This document shows positions 29,762 to 38,989 of a stretch of DNA of 64,000 nucleotides, piece after piece. The stretch lies in contig OY760686.1 in the NCBI GenBank assembly GCA_963663865.1, positions 1,280,001 through 1,344,000 on the forward strand. The letters are read 5' to 3'. Numbering within the stretch: position 1 is the first letter of the stretch; each line of letters opens with the position of its first letter. The notes under the pieces are model-generated. The model made no database searches, was not told where the DNA came from, and saw only the letters and a program-made list of their open reading frames with translations. Origin of the DNA: Spirochaetota bacterium (lineage in GTDB: Bacteria; Spirochaetota; UBA4802; UBA5550). The position numbers and the translations under genes are program-made.

Positions 29762-31750
29762 ATGAAGAGGTTTTTCCCGCTCATCCTGGTGCTTGTTCTG
29801 TTCGGCGGTTTTGCGGCTTTAGATGTGTTTAAGTCAGAGGCCGCGCCGGGCAATGCTGTAAAATTTAATGAGGAAGGGTGGACTTATCTGTCTCGAGGTC
29901 AGTACAAGAGGGCTGTCTTGAGCTTTAAAAGCGCACTGGCACAGAACAGCAGGTACAGGGATTCCCTCGCCGGCCTGGCAAAGGCTTATAGAATGACTGG
30001 AGTATACGACAGAGCGCTGGAGCTCTACGCCGACGCGCTGAAGGTTGACAGGACATACAGTGAGGCCTTGACCGGAAGCGGTCTGGTGCTGGTGGAGTTG
30101 GGCCGTTACAAGGAAGCCCTGCGTTTTTTCGAGAAGGCCATAGAGATAACAGGACAGGATTTTGAAGCTCATTATGGAACCGCTTATCTGTATTACAGGA
30201 TGGGCAGGTTCGTATGGGCTGAAAGAAAGGCCGAGACGATTCTAAGGGCCAATCCGTTTCACTACGAAACACTTTTGCTGTATGCGGCCTTAAGAAGCAG
30301 AGACGGCAGAGTCAGAGACGCTGCTGATATCATACAAAAAGCTGTTGACTCGAAGCCTGAACGTCCTGATGGCTACGCGGCCCTTGCTTCAATCCAGTTC
30401 ACAGACTATATCCAGAGCGGCAGCAAAAGCTCGCTTGAGTCAGCAAGAGAAAATATCGACAGGGCTCTTTCGATATCTCCGGAAAACTATGAGGCCGGAA
30501 TAATAGCCGGGGACATAGCCTTTTACGAAGGCGGATACGCGGCCGCGGCTGCATTGTACAAGAAAGCAGCCGAAGGGGTTGATGGAGTCAGGGCACTGTA
30601 CAGGTACGCTGCAGCTGCTGATCTGAGCGGCAATTTCGATGAAGCCGCAAGAGTATTTCTGAACGCTTACAAGAGGTATCCTTCTGACTCGGTTCTCAAG
30701 ACTCGAATTGAGCACTTCCTTATTCTTAGAGATTACAAGATCGCAAACCCGGCCAGAAACATGTTCAGCTCTGAAAACTTTGAGCTTGCCAGAAACAGAA
30801 TGAAAAACAGCATGCCTGTGGAAGCGGTAATGTATCTGAGAAGAACGCTGATGATGAACCCAATGCACATGGCGGCCAGGGTCGAGCTGAAGAACTACTA
30901 CGAGACATACGGATATGACCGTTTCTATATCGATGAGTTGAAACAGCTGCTTAACCTTTACCCTGGTACGGAGAGGCGCGATGAACTTCAGACCGCTGTT
31001 ATGAAAAGGCGGGGCCGCATGTATCACCTTGAAGGTTTTTCGGCGGATGAAGTTCCCAGGGACGTTCCGCGCATTATTGTCATGGATTTTATGCCCCGCG
31101 GTGGAATGGCTGAACATCCTGACGCGGGAGAGGTGCTTGCTTCGCATATCAGCTTTGCCCTCGGGCAGTTCGGCAGAATGGATGCGGCGGGTTTCAGGGA
31201 GAGACAGTCAGTCCGGGGAATCAGCTCTTCCACCGAGGTCCTTGCCGACAGCCTTGAGAAGATTGAAAGCCTGGCAAAAGACGGAGCTATTCAAAGGCCG
31301 GATTATATTCTTTACGGCAGCTACTATGAGAATTCAGGTCATATCAGCTTCAATGCTTCGCTGCTCGACTATTCGAGCGGGGTTGTTATAAGCAGCTTTG
31401 AGATTTCCGAAACAGGCAGAGAAGCTCTTCCCAGAGCATCGCTCCGCGTTGCGGAAAAGGTTTACGGAATGATGCCTTTCAGGGGCAGAATAATCAAGCA
31501 GAAAGACGACTATGTCATTATAAATCTCGGGCTCTATGACGGCATTAAACCCGGAGATATGCTAATGATAAAAAAGTATAATAATCCGGGAAACCTTTAC
31601 GATGTCAGAAGGCGGATACTCTTTACAGTTAAGGAGTCAGACACGCTTGTCACAAAAGCGGTACCGGCTTCAGCCGCCGATCTCGCCGAGGTAGACTCAA
31701 GCGACTATGTCTATCCGCTTGAAAAGCGGAGGGCCCGCAGAATACGCTGA
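29762..31750 (+). CDS. Exported TPR protein with C-terminal CsgG/FlgT-like domains
   Basis: GGAGG SD, N-terminal hydrophobic segment, many TPR helices, DYILYGSY and VIINLG..DGIKPGD. Confidence 0.78.
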   Translation: MKRFFPLILVLVLFGGFAALDVFKSEAAPGNAVKFNEEGWTYLSRGQYKRAVLSFKSALAQNSRYRDSLAGLAKAYRMTGVYDRALELYADALKVDRTYSEALTGSGLVLVELGRYKEALRFFEKAIEITGQDFEAHYGTAYLYYRMGRFVWAERKAETILRANPFHYETLLLYAALRSRDGRVRDAADIIQKAVDSKPERPDGYAALASIQFTDYIQSGSKSSLESARENIDRALSISPENYEAGIIAGDIAFYEGGYAAAAALYKKAAEGVDGVRALYRYAAAADLSGNFDEAARVFLNAYKRYPSDSVLKTRIEHFLILRDYKIANPARNMFSSENFELARNRMKNSMPVEAVMYLRRTLMMNPMHMAARVELKNYYETYGYDRFYIDELKQLLNLYPGTERRDELQTAVMKRRGRMYHLEGFSADEVPRDVPRIIVMDFMPRGGMAEHPDAGEVLASHISFALGQFGRMDAAGFRERQSVRGISSSTEVLADSLEKIESLAKDGAIQRPDYILYGSYYENSGHISFNASLLDYSSGVVISSFEISETGREALPRASLRVAEKVYGMMPFRGRIIKQKDDYVIINLGLYDGIKPGDMLMIKKYNNPGNLYDVRRRILFTVKESDTLVTKAVPASAADLAEVDSSDYVYPLEKRRARRIR

Positions 31751-31757
31751 CCGGAGA

Positions 31758-32093
31758 GTGAAATCAGTGCAGGGGAAATACTGTGTTTATATGCTTTTGT
31801 GCGAGAACGGATCACTTTACACGGGATATACCGTTGAACCTGAAAAACGCTTCAACGAGCATCTCAATTCCAATGCGGGGGCGAGGTTTACAAAAAGCTT
31901 CAGGCCTGTAGCCATCGCGGCGTGTTGGAAGGTCGAGGGTACAAGGGGCAGCGCGATGCGGCTTGAGGCTTTTATCAAGCGTCAGAGCACCGCGTTAAAG
32001 CGCGATTTTGCAAGAAGCCCGCTCATTCTGACTGTAATGGCCGAAGAGAGCCTCTCCGTAAAAGCGGCTCCGATATCGCGCTTTATATCTTAA
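31758..32093 (+). CDS. GIY-YIG nuclease, UPF0213-like
   Basis: VYMLLC.NGSLYTGYT, RF.EH, GARFTK, AMRLEAFIK; GTG start after GGAG. Confidence 0.85.
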   Translation: MKSVQGKYCVYMLLCENGSLYTGYTVEPEKRFNEHLNSNAGARFTKSFRPVAIAACWKVEGTRGSAMRLEAFIKRQSTALKRDFARSPLILTVMAEESLSVKAAPISRFIS

Positions 32094-32391
32094 ACAGGCT
32101 TTCGGCCATGTTCTTCCCTGTGGCCCTCTCGTAGTCATCGTAGTCGACAAAGACAAGAGATGGGAGCTTTTTTCTGGCTCGTGAGACTATCTCGTTTCTT
32201 CCTCCCTTTGCTTCCTTTGATGAGACGTATTTGAATACTCTGCCGCATGAGGGACAGCTTTCGAGGTCTTTCAGCTCAATGCCGATTTTCTTGCAGTTAG
32301 GGCAGTGCCCGAATTTGTCATCAACGAGAATAATGTGCTCCTGAATGTCTTTCAGGTCGATTTCCTTCCAAACGCGTATGTAATCTGACAT
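32083..32391 (-). CDS. Small Zn-ribbon protein (CPNC...CPSC)
   Basis: AAGGAGG SD; two CxxC motifs. Confidence 0.75.
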   Translation of the reverse strand: MSDYIRVWKEIDLKDIQEHIILVDDKFGHCPNCKKIGIELKDLESCPSCGRVFKYVSSKEAKGGRNEIVSRARKKLPSLVFVDYDDYERATGKNMAESLFKI

Positions 32392-32670
32392 CAGGCCTCC
32401 TTACGGCTGCGTTATATAATTCGCGGGCAGTGGGGAAGACCTTACGGCCTCATCCGCCCGCCCGAAACGACTGCATAGTTGAACAAAGCTTCGTCAATTT
32501 CAATTCTTTTTCAATTTTTCCATGAATTTGCGGGGTTGTGTGATGAATATAAATTCGTGATATTTGCTTGACTTCTCTGGCTCAGGGGGCGATGAATTGA
32601 ATGCCTCAAATATTAACACACATATAATGCGGACAGCTACTACTTCGAGTCCGGCAATACAGGAGCAATA

Positions 32671-33999
32671 ATGGAACTTAAAAGGCAGCTTGGAGTCTAT
32701 ACGGCGGTTCTTGTCATAGTCGCGGATATGATAGGCACGGGAATCTTCGTTACAACCGGTTCTGTCCTTGGGATAACGGGAGACGCGGGCGTAGTACTGG
32801 CACTCTGGGGCATTGGAGGCCTTATAGCGCTTACCGGGTCACTGTGTTACGCGGAACTTGCTTCAATGTGGCCGCAGAGCGGCGGTGAATACGTTTATCT
32901 TAGAAAAATTTTCGGGCCTCTTCCGTCATTTCTTAGCGGTTGGGTTTCCCTGGTGGTGGGTTTTACGGCTTCTGTAGCGGTAACCGCACTCACCCTGGTA
33001 TGGTATCTTGCCGAGGGAGTAGGGGGAAGCTTCTTTACAGATCCGTGGAACCAGAAGATTTTGGCGGCCGGCCTTATTTTCATTTTCGGGCTCATTCACG
33101 TAATAGGAGTAAGAAGCGGCGGATTTGTGCAGAACGTCATGACAGTTGTGAAGATTATAATCATCCTTTCGATTATTGTCGGGGGCGCCTGTCTTGCCGA
33201 TTGGAATATGGCTGAAAGGCTGACTTCTTCGTACCGGGAGGGCGGCGGGCTGTTCACGAGACAGAGCGGTCTTGCTCTTCTGATAATAATGTTCGCCTAT
33301 TCCGGCTGGAACGGCGCTACCTATATTGCGGGTGAAATCAAGGAGCCTGAAAAAAACCTTCCGAAGGCCATGTTCTGGGGCGTTTTTACTGTTACAGCAA
33401 TCTATCTTATTCTGAACGTTGTGTTTTTGATATCTTCTCCGGGTGAGGATATCATGGGCAAGGATGCTGTGGGCGCCATTGCTGTTTCAAATCTGTTCGG
33501 GGCAAAGGCCGGATCATTTTTCTCAATAGCTATTGTACTCGTTCTGCTCTCTGCCGTTTCTGTTCAGATGATGATCGGGCCACGTGTCTATTACGCGATG
33601 GCAAAAGACAGGGCGATATTCTCCTCGCTTACGCGGGTCAACAAGAGGTTCCTGACGCCTGACCTTGCTATCTGGGTGCAGATGTTCATAGCAATTGTTT
33701 ACATTTTTATCGGAAAGGAGCATATAATAGGCATGCTCCAGTATATGGGATTCTCACTCTCGATTTTCCCGCTGATCACTGTTATTGGACTCGTCTATAT
33801 GCGCAGGAAGCACCCTGAAATAGAAAGGCCTTTTAAAACCCCCCTCTATCCCCTGATACCTGGAATATATATTCTGCTCACGCTGGTCATGGTAGGCGCT
33901 GCCCTTTCACTGTGGACAGTATCGTCGCTCTTTGCGATCGGGATGCTTGCGGTCGGAACCGGGATATTTTTTATCTGGAGAAGGTTTGCGGGACAGTAA
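32671..33999 (+). CDS. APC-family amino acid permease
   Basis: MIGTGIF, YAELAS..P.SGGEY.Y, FAYSGW, GEIKEPEKNLP, RPFKTP.YP. Confidence 0.92.
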   Translation: MELKRQLGVYTAVLVIVADMIGTGIFVTTGSVLGITGDAGVVLALWGIGGLIALTGSLCYAELASMWPQSGGEYVYLRKIFGPLPSFLSGWVSLVVGFTASVAVTALTLVWYLAEGVGGSFFTDPWNQKILAAGLIFIFGLIHVIGVRSGGFVQNVMTVVKIIIILSIIVGGACLADWNMAERLTSSYREGGGLFTRQSGLALLIIMFAYSGWNGATYIAGEIKEPEKNLPKAMFWGVFTVTAIYLILNVVFLISSPGEDIMGKDAVGAIAVSNLFGAKAGSFFSIAIVLVLLSAVSVQMMIGPRVYYAMAKDRAIFSSLTRVNKRFLTPDLAIWVQMFIAIVYIFIGKEHIIGMLQYMGFSLSIFPLITVIGLVYMRRKHPEIERPFKTPLYPLIPGIYILLTLVMVGAALSLWTVSSLFAIGMLAVGTGIFFIWRRFAGQ

Positions 34000-34023
34000 G
34001 TTATGGATTGAGCGCGGGCCGGA

Positions 34024-34377
34024 CTAAACCGGTACCGCGCATAGCTCTTCTTCGAGAATTTCAGCCACTTTTTCGACGCACTCAATACAGCTTGCCGCCC
34101 TGTTTGTTCTGATGGAGCGGCAGGTCACATGTCCTCCGGTCATTTCGGAAAACCTTGCTTTTATATGCCCGCCGGCCTCTGTTCCGGCTATTTCGCATGC
34201 CGCGTGAAGGGCACCGCAAATTCCCTCTGGAGCCCGGCCGTGACCGCAAGATGAAAAGTCAAGTTGGCCGCAATCTCCCGGCGATCCCGCGCTTTGCCAT
34301 CCGGCATGAACGGCCTGCGCACAGTTGCCGCGGCGCGACCTGTAGAACTCAGATGCATTTTTCTTCATAAATAGCAT
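34024..34377 (-). CDS. C-GCAxxG-C-C-family redox protein
   Basis: NCAQAV, ICGAL, TCRSI, CIECV. Confidence 0.75.
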   Translation of the reverse strand: MLFMKKNASEFYRSRRGNCAQAVHAGWQSAGSPGDCGQLDFSSCGHGRAPEGICGALHAACEIAGTEAGGHIKARFSEMTGGHVTCRSIRTNRAASCIECVEKVAEILEEELCAVPV

Positions 34378-34448
34378 TTCCTTTCCTGTAAGTTTAGAAA
34401 ATACTAAAATGCTTTCTGGCTGTTATATGTCAATATTTATTATGTTTA

Positions 34449-35513
34449 TCAGCGGCCTTTTCTGTACCTGGACTTATTCTGGCGGGATGAAGAGGGTGTT
34501 GCCTGATTTTTAAAGACTTTTTCCTTGCGATCTAAATGATTTTCAGGTTTCTGTAAATGATCATTTGAATGATTTTCTAATTCAGCATCCGGGTTGATCA
34601 TCTCATGTTTTTGAGAAGGTGCTGGTACACCTTTTTCTTCAGGTTTTATTATATTCTCTGGATTAGCTTGATTGTTAAAAAATTCGGAAAACTGGTTCTT
34701 CTCAGAATCTGTAATTCGACGGACAGAATTATTTTCGGCTATTCGGTAGACGTTTCCTGCAGCGGCAAGAATGGAATCACCGCTGGAGTGAACATCTATT
34801 CTGATCTTACCCTCTTTAAGAATAAGGGTCGCTGCTTTGTCATCTGCCGAGAGAATGAATACGGTACCAAGTGGAGTGAAATCGGCTTTATCTGTCCTGT
34901 ATGTTATTGAGGAATATTCGCTGCTCTCAGAATGCTCTGCGAGAATAGAGCCTTCTTTCAGGGTGAATTCTGCTATTTTGCCGCCGAAAAGACGCTTATG
35001 TGTTTTGCCGATTTGAATTTTAGTGGCAGGAAGCAGTTTAATCGAAATTATGCCTTCAATATTGAGCCGTGCTGCTGAAGTTATATCTGTCTCTGCAGTA
35101 GAGCCTTCATGAAGCCTGGTATAATTATGAATTTGATTAAACGAGCCCCTGGTGTCGGGTTTGAGCACAAACATATCGACCGGAACCTGCCATTCCTTTA
35201 CAATGGAAAGATAGGCGCCTGCACAAAGAATACTCAGAGCGGTTGCAGCCATAGCCGCTGTCTTCTGAAGCCGGTATCCCGAAGAGGCCCGGTGCTTGAG
35301 TTTCCTTGCCTCAATTAACACTGCTGAACGTATTTCGCTGCCGGGGATATGCCCGCAGTTATCGGCTGGCTTTAGTGCATTAAAGAGCATGTCCAGACGG
35401 GATTTGCATAATTTGCATGTCCGTATATGCTGCTCAACTATGGCCCTTTCATTTTCTCTGGAAAAACCAAGGGAATAGCGTACAAGCTTTGTTTTGCTGA
35501 TATGATTTTTCAT
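34449..35513 (-). CDS. Anti-sigma factor: ZAS zinc finger, TM helix, FecR-like domain
   Basis: HIRTCKLC, single TM, LKEGSI, PLGTVF and LKEGKI FecR-like motifs; overlaps the sigma stop. Confidence 0.78.
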   Translation of the reverse strand: MKNHISKTKLVRYSLGFSRENERAIVEQHIRTCKLCKSRLDMLFNALKPADNCGHIPGSEIRSAVLIEARKLKHRASSGYRLQKTAAMAATALSILCAGAYLSIVKEWQVPVDMFVLKPDTRGSFNQIHNYTRLHEGSTAETDITSAARLNIEGIISIKLLPATKIQIGKTHKRLFGGKIAEFTLKEGSILAEHSESSEYSSITYRTDKADFTPLGTVFILSADDKAATLILKEGKIRIDVHSSGDSILAAAGNVYRIAENNSVRRITDSEKNQFSEFFNNQANPENIIKPEEKGVPAPSQKHEMINPDAELENHSNDHLQKPENHLDRKEKVFKNQATPSSSRQNKSRYRKGR

Positions 35514-36076
35514 TACTTTCTCTCCATCATAAAACCGCTGAAAAAGAGAAAAGTGACAGCCTGGTTGAAAAATTCATCCCATTGATGTTTCACCATATAA
35601 TCATAGATTGCGTGCATGGCTTTCTCCATGTATCGCTTGGCGGTACGTTCTGATATTCCATGCATGGCGGCTATTTCTTTAAAGCTGTGACTGCCGTCTC
35701 TTCTTAGAAAGAAAACAGATTTAATAACAGGATCCAGCATCTCAAGAGTCCTTTCCACAATATGCGCAATTTCCTTCTCTTCAAGAATTTCATGGGATGA
35801 CTTGTGAATGTCCTGGACGTCATCATTTGAAAGTTGGATGATTTTCTTTGTGCTTTTCTTGTGATTGAGGCACAGGTTTTTTGCTATTTTGTATAAAAAA
35901 GCTCTCAGGTTGTCTATGGCAATGGGATTTCGGTTCATTCTGGTTATAAGGCGCAGGTATGTGTTCTGCAGAATGTCCTCGGACTCATCATAATTCCTTA
36001 TAAACGAATTAATATAAAAAAGCAGTTCCCTGCTGTAGAGATCATAGAGTTCAGAAATTAAATTGCTTTTATCCAT
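35513..36076 (-). CDS. ECF sigma-70 factor
   Basis: EDILQNTYLRL, AFLYKIAKNLCLN, SFKEIA..HGISERTAKR. Confidence 0.9.
   Translation of the reverse strand: MDKSNLISELYDLYSRELLFYINSFIRNYDESEDILQNTYLRLITRMNRNPIAIDNLRAFLYKIAKNLCLNHKKSTKKIIQLSNDDVQDIHKSSHEILEEKEIAHIVERTLEMLDPVIKSVFFLRRDGSHSFKEIAAMHGISERTAKRYMEKAMHAIYDYMVKHQWDEFFNQAVTFLFFSGFMMERK
35529..35558 (-). promoter_or_regulatory. Candidate ECF promoter for the anti-sigma gene
   Basis: TGTCACTTTT-N11-CGGTTTTAT; same motif and spacing as 36083-36112. Confidence 0.5.
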
Positions 36077-36082
36077 AAATTA

Positions 36083-36112
36083 TGACACTTTTTCCTGGAA
36101 CCTCGGTTGTAT
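36083..36112 (+). promoter_or_regulatory. Candidate ECF promoter for the 36176-37582 operon
   Basis: TGACACTTTT-N11-CGGTTGTAT. Confidence 0.5.
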
Positions 36113-36175
36113 AGATAAACCGATAATTAAAAAGTACAGTACTTTTTCGGTTACACTATCAATGGAGGCGTTGAG

Positions 36176-36508
36176 ATGAAAAAGTTATTGGTGTCAGGTG
36201 TTTTGATTTTTGCGGCAGCTGGCTTGACGGCACAGGACGCTCAGTATGTTAAAAATCAGACTAAGGCCGCAAACAAGGGTGAGGTTAAAGAGTTGCAGAA
36301 CAGAGAGCAGCTTCAAAACAGGGCGGCTCAGGGTGATCCGGCAGGAACTGGAGAGGGAGACCAGACCAGGCTTCAAACTCAGGATAGAACAAAGACGATG
36401 ATACATAAACAGGATGGAAGCGGAAGCGCAGTTAAAAACAGAGTAAAGACCTCAACCAAAACGTCTGTGAAAAGTGCAAATAAATATAACAGACGTTCCG
36501 GAAAATAA
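36176..36508 (+). CDS. Small secreted Gln/Lys/Thr-rich low-complexity protein
   Basis: GGAGG SD, signal peptide, QNR/QTR/QDR repeats. Confidence 0.75.
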   Translation: MKKLLVSGVLIFAAAGLTAQDAQYVKNQTKAANKGEVKELQNREQLQNRAAQGDPAGTGEGDQTRLQTQDRTKTMIHKQDGSGSAVKNRVKTSTKTSVKSANKYNRRSGK

Positions 36509-36514
36509 GAGCCT

Positions 36515-36542
36515 GTCAGGGGCGTGGCAACACGCCCTTGAC
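36515..36542 (+). other. Intergenic stem-loop with GCAA tetraloop and no U-tract
   Basis: GTCAGGGGCGTG-GCAA-CACGCCCTTGAC. Confidence 0.55.
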
Positions 36543-36556
36543 CCGGAGAGAGAGTA

Positions 36557-37582
36557 ATGAGAAAATGGAAAGCAAAAACATTGGGAATTGCTCTGGTGTT
36601 TTTATTCTCAGAAAAAACCTTTTCACAAAACAATCAGGAAGAAGCCGACAGAGAATGGTATTTTAAGGCCTCTCTGAACGGGAGTTACAGTTCAGGGCTT
36701 TCAGATCCACATTATTCATACGGACCTGAGGTTGAAGCATCCTGGCAGATATGGAAAATAAACCTCTATGCCGGCAGCGGATATGATTTTAATTATCAGT
36801 TGAGCGGTGGAGACGGAACATTTGAAAGTATTTCCCTGGCAACTTACTACTCGGGATTTGACTTAAATATATTAAAGGGCATAACCCTTTCGGCTGATTA
36901 CAGAGGCGGAGCGGGCAGCTCTGATTTTTCAAGGCATGGTCTTAATTCGAGGCTATACATTGATTCGGGAAGTTTTGGATTTCTTATTGGATTTCTCTAT
37001 GGCCAGGATACCTATGAGTATCAGAATAACAGTATTGATGTTATTTCCTATACAGCGACAGGGGCTGTCTATTGGTATTATTCTGATAAAATGAGGCTTG
37101 AAGCGGGTTGCGATTACCTTTCAAACAGTTTCAGCAATTTGGCCGGGAACTATAACTCGTTCTTCATCAATTCAGGATTGCTTTATGTTTTCTCAGATTA
37201 TTTTGACATGAACACGAATCTGGGTTATGGTTTGGATTCAGATGAATACAATATTTTCGAGATTGGGCTTGGAGTGAGTTTTGCGATAAATGAAAGGATG
37301 TCGCTAAGTCTGTCATATACATTTTCATTGTATTCCCCAACTGAAGATATTGCTATTGAAGAAGAAGCAGTTCTATCAGATAAGACAACTGCGGTTCTGG
37401 ATGACATTCTTTTCCAGGGTCCACATTCATCCGGCCAGGCTGAAACATCTGGATCGTCGGATCAATCACAGGGAGAGTCATTGACGGGGGGGTACTCGTC
37501 AAATCCCTACATCAAGTCGTCTCTTATCGGTGAAACTATATTTGACCACTACGCCAGCATAAGGGTTGAGTACAGCTACTGA
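36557..37582 (+). CDS. Probable outer-membrane beta-barrel protein
   Basis: Signal peptide; alternating Tyr/Gly/Ser strands; C-terminal beta-signal ASIRVEYSY. Confidence 0.7.
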   Translation: MRKWKAKTLGIALVFLFSEKTFSQNNQEEADREWYFKASLNGSYSSGLSDPHYSYGPEVEASWQIWKINLYAGSGYDFNYQLSGGDGTFESISLATYYSGFDLNILKGITLSADYRGGAGSSDFSRHGLNSRLYIDSGSFGFLIGFLYGQDTYEYQNNSIDVISYTATGAVYWYYSDKMRLEAGCDYLSNSFSNLAGNYNSFFINSGLLYVFSDYFDMNTNLGYGLDSDEYNIFEIGLGVSFAINERMSLSLSYTFSLYSPTEDIAIEEEAVLSDKTTAVLDDILFQGPHSSGQAETSGSSDQSQGESLTGGYSSNPYIKSSLIGETIFDHYASIRVEYSY

Positions 37583-37628
37583 AAGAACATAATGCCGGAA
37601 ATCATTAATCCGGGCTTTTACATCTTAT

Positions 37629-38456
37629 TCAGTGTGATAGTATCCCGCTTGACGAAATTCGAAAGAATCCCGCAGGAATTTCACTTGCAAGCCTCTCCGA
37701 GGCCGTCTTCCCCGTGCAGTGAAGCGGGAGTATTCCCCTCAGCCCGGCATCTTTGAGAAATCTCACTGTCGCGTCAAGCCTCTCCTCTGAAGCCTTCTCC
37801 AGGTGAAATCCGCCGACAGCTGCGGCAGGCTTTTTACCGCTGTGCTGTTCTGCTGCCTTCAGTGAGTTTATAAGGCCCGAATGGCAGCAGCCGGTAAAAA
37901 GCACAATTCCTTCAGGAGTTTCGATCCAGATTGAAAGTTCGTCCTCAATATAGTCAACTACGGTGCAATCCATGTCGCGGTAGAAAAGCCCGCCAGTATC
38001 CTCAAACGGGTTAAGGCGGGGGATATTGACAATCAGTCCGATTTTGTCCGTGAGCATAGAGGGTGCTTCAAGAAGATGCAGCTTTTCTGAAGAATGCGAT
38101 TTGAGCGCTTTTACGGCCGAATCCGGCATTCCAATGTACCTCGGCGAACCGGTCTTCGCGCTAATGTGAGTTTCGAAAATCCTCCGGTGCGCGTAGACAT
38201 CGATGACCGGGTTCTCCGACAGAACATATTCAACGCCGCCAGTATGGTCATAGTGCCCGTGCGATATTACGAGGGTGTCAAAGTCGGCGGGAGATAAGCC
38301 GGCTGCCGCAAGATTTTCACGCAGGAAGCTCTGTCCGGTATCGAGAAGTATACTACGGCCGTGGGCCGAAATGGCAAGCGCAAGGCCGTGTTCTGCCCTG
38401 AACGGCGGCTCAGAATTGTTGTCGCAGATAAGCCTTATTTCAATATGTGAAGCCAT
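37629..38456 (-). CDS. MBL-fold metallo-hydrolase, COG1237-like
   Basis: AEHGL, LDTG, SHGHYDHTGG, GCCHSG, GGFH, LHCTG; start MASH after GGAGG. Confidence 0.88.
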   Translation of the reverse strand: MASHIEIRLICDNNSEPPFRAEHGLALAISAHGRSILLDTGQSFLRENLAAAGLSPADFDTLVISHGHYDHTGGVEYVLSENPVIDVYAHRRIFETHISAKTGSPRYIGMPDSAVKALKSHSSEKLHLLEAPSMLTDKIGLIVNIPRLNPFEDTGGLFYRDMDCTVVDYIEDELSIWIETPEGIVLFTGCCHSGLINSLKAAEQHSGKKPAAAVGGFHLEKASEERLDATVRFLKDAGLRGILPLHCTGKTASERLASEIPAGFFRISSSGILSH

Positions 38457-38497
38457 ATCCTGCCTCCGGAACTGAGATTTAACGAGAATACCCGATG

Positions 38498-38590
38498 AAA
38501 GCAGTTCATCCCCGCGGTGCGGGGGATGAACTGCTTTATGCCATAATCTCTGGTGATTGCCGGTCATCTGCGTCTGTTACGGGGATGACC
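38498..38590. repeat. Two related palindromic hairpins (REP-like)
   Basis: Perfect 16-bp IR AAAGCAGTTCATCCCC/GGGGATGAACTGCTTT (38498-38537) and a second GGTCATC...GATGACC hairpin about 60 nt downstream. Confidence 0.65.
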
Positions 38591-38635
38591 CTGAAGGACT
38601 GCTGCTTTGCCTGTTTCTCCGTTTAGAACAGACTG

Positions 38636-38974
38636 TCAGTGGTCACAGGTGTTTTCGCCTGTGACGAGGCTGCTGTCAAGGTATGCCCTGACAAGATTTT
38701 CCGGGCTGTCGCAGGGTGCTCCTGTTATGACGTGAATGCCCCTTTCTTCGAAGAGCATTCTTGCCCTCTGTCCCATGCCTCCGGCAATTATCATGTTTAC
38801 GGCCCTATCCCCGAGCCAGGCCGGAAGAAGACCGGGCTCATGAGGCGGCGCATCGATACTTGAAACTGAACTGATTGTCTTTGCTGCTTCGTCTACCTCA
38901 AGGACAGTGAACGCTTCACAGTGCCCGAAGTGAGCGTTTAGTTTGCCGTTAGCTGTTGGTACCGCGATTTTCAT
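38636..38974 (-). CDS. NifB/NifX-family (FeMo-co-binding fold) protein
   Basis: MKIAVP, HFGHC, IIAGGMG.RA, C-terminal CDH. Confidence 0.88.
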   Translation of the reverse strand: MKIAVPTANGKLNAHFGHCEAFTVLEVDEAAKTISSVSSIDAPPHEPGLLPAWLGDRAVNMIIAGGMGQRARMLFEERGIHVITGAPCDSPENLVRAYLDSSLVTGENTCDH

Positions 38975-38989
38975 TTTGATCTCCTGTTT

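Noticed and set aside
32424-32470. Hammerhead, SRP RNA or ZTP riboswitch
   Set aside because: Lacks the CUGAUGA/GAAA core, the SRP CAGG..GGAA..AGCA motif and the pfl GACTGGCG motif.
38498-38590. True CRISPR array
   Set aside because: Only two divergent units, full palindromes, and no cas genes or leader in the window.
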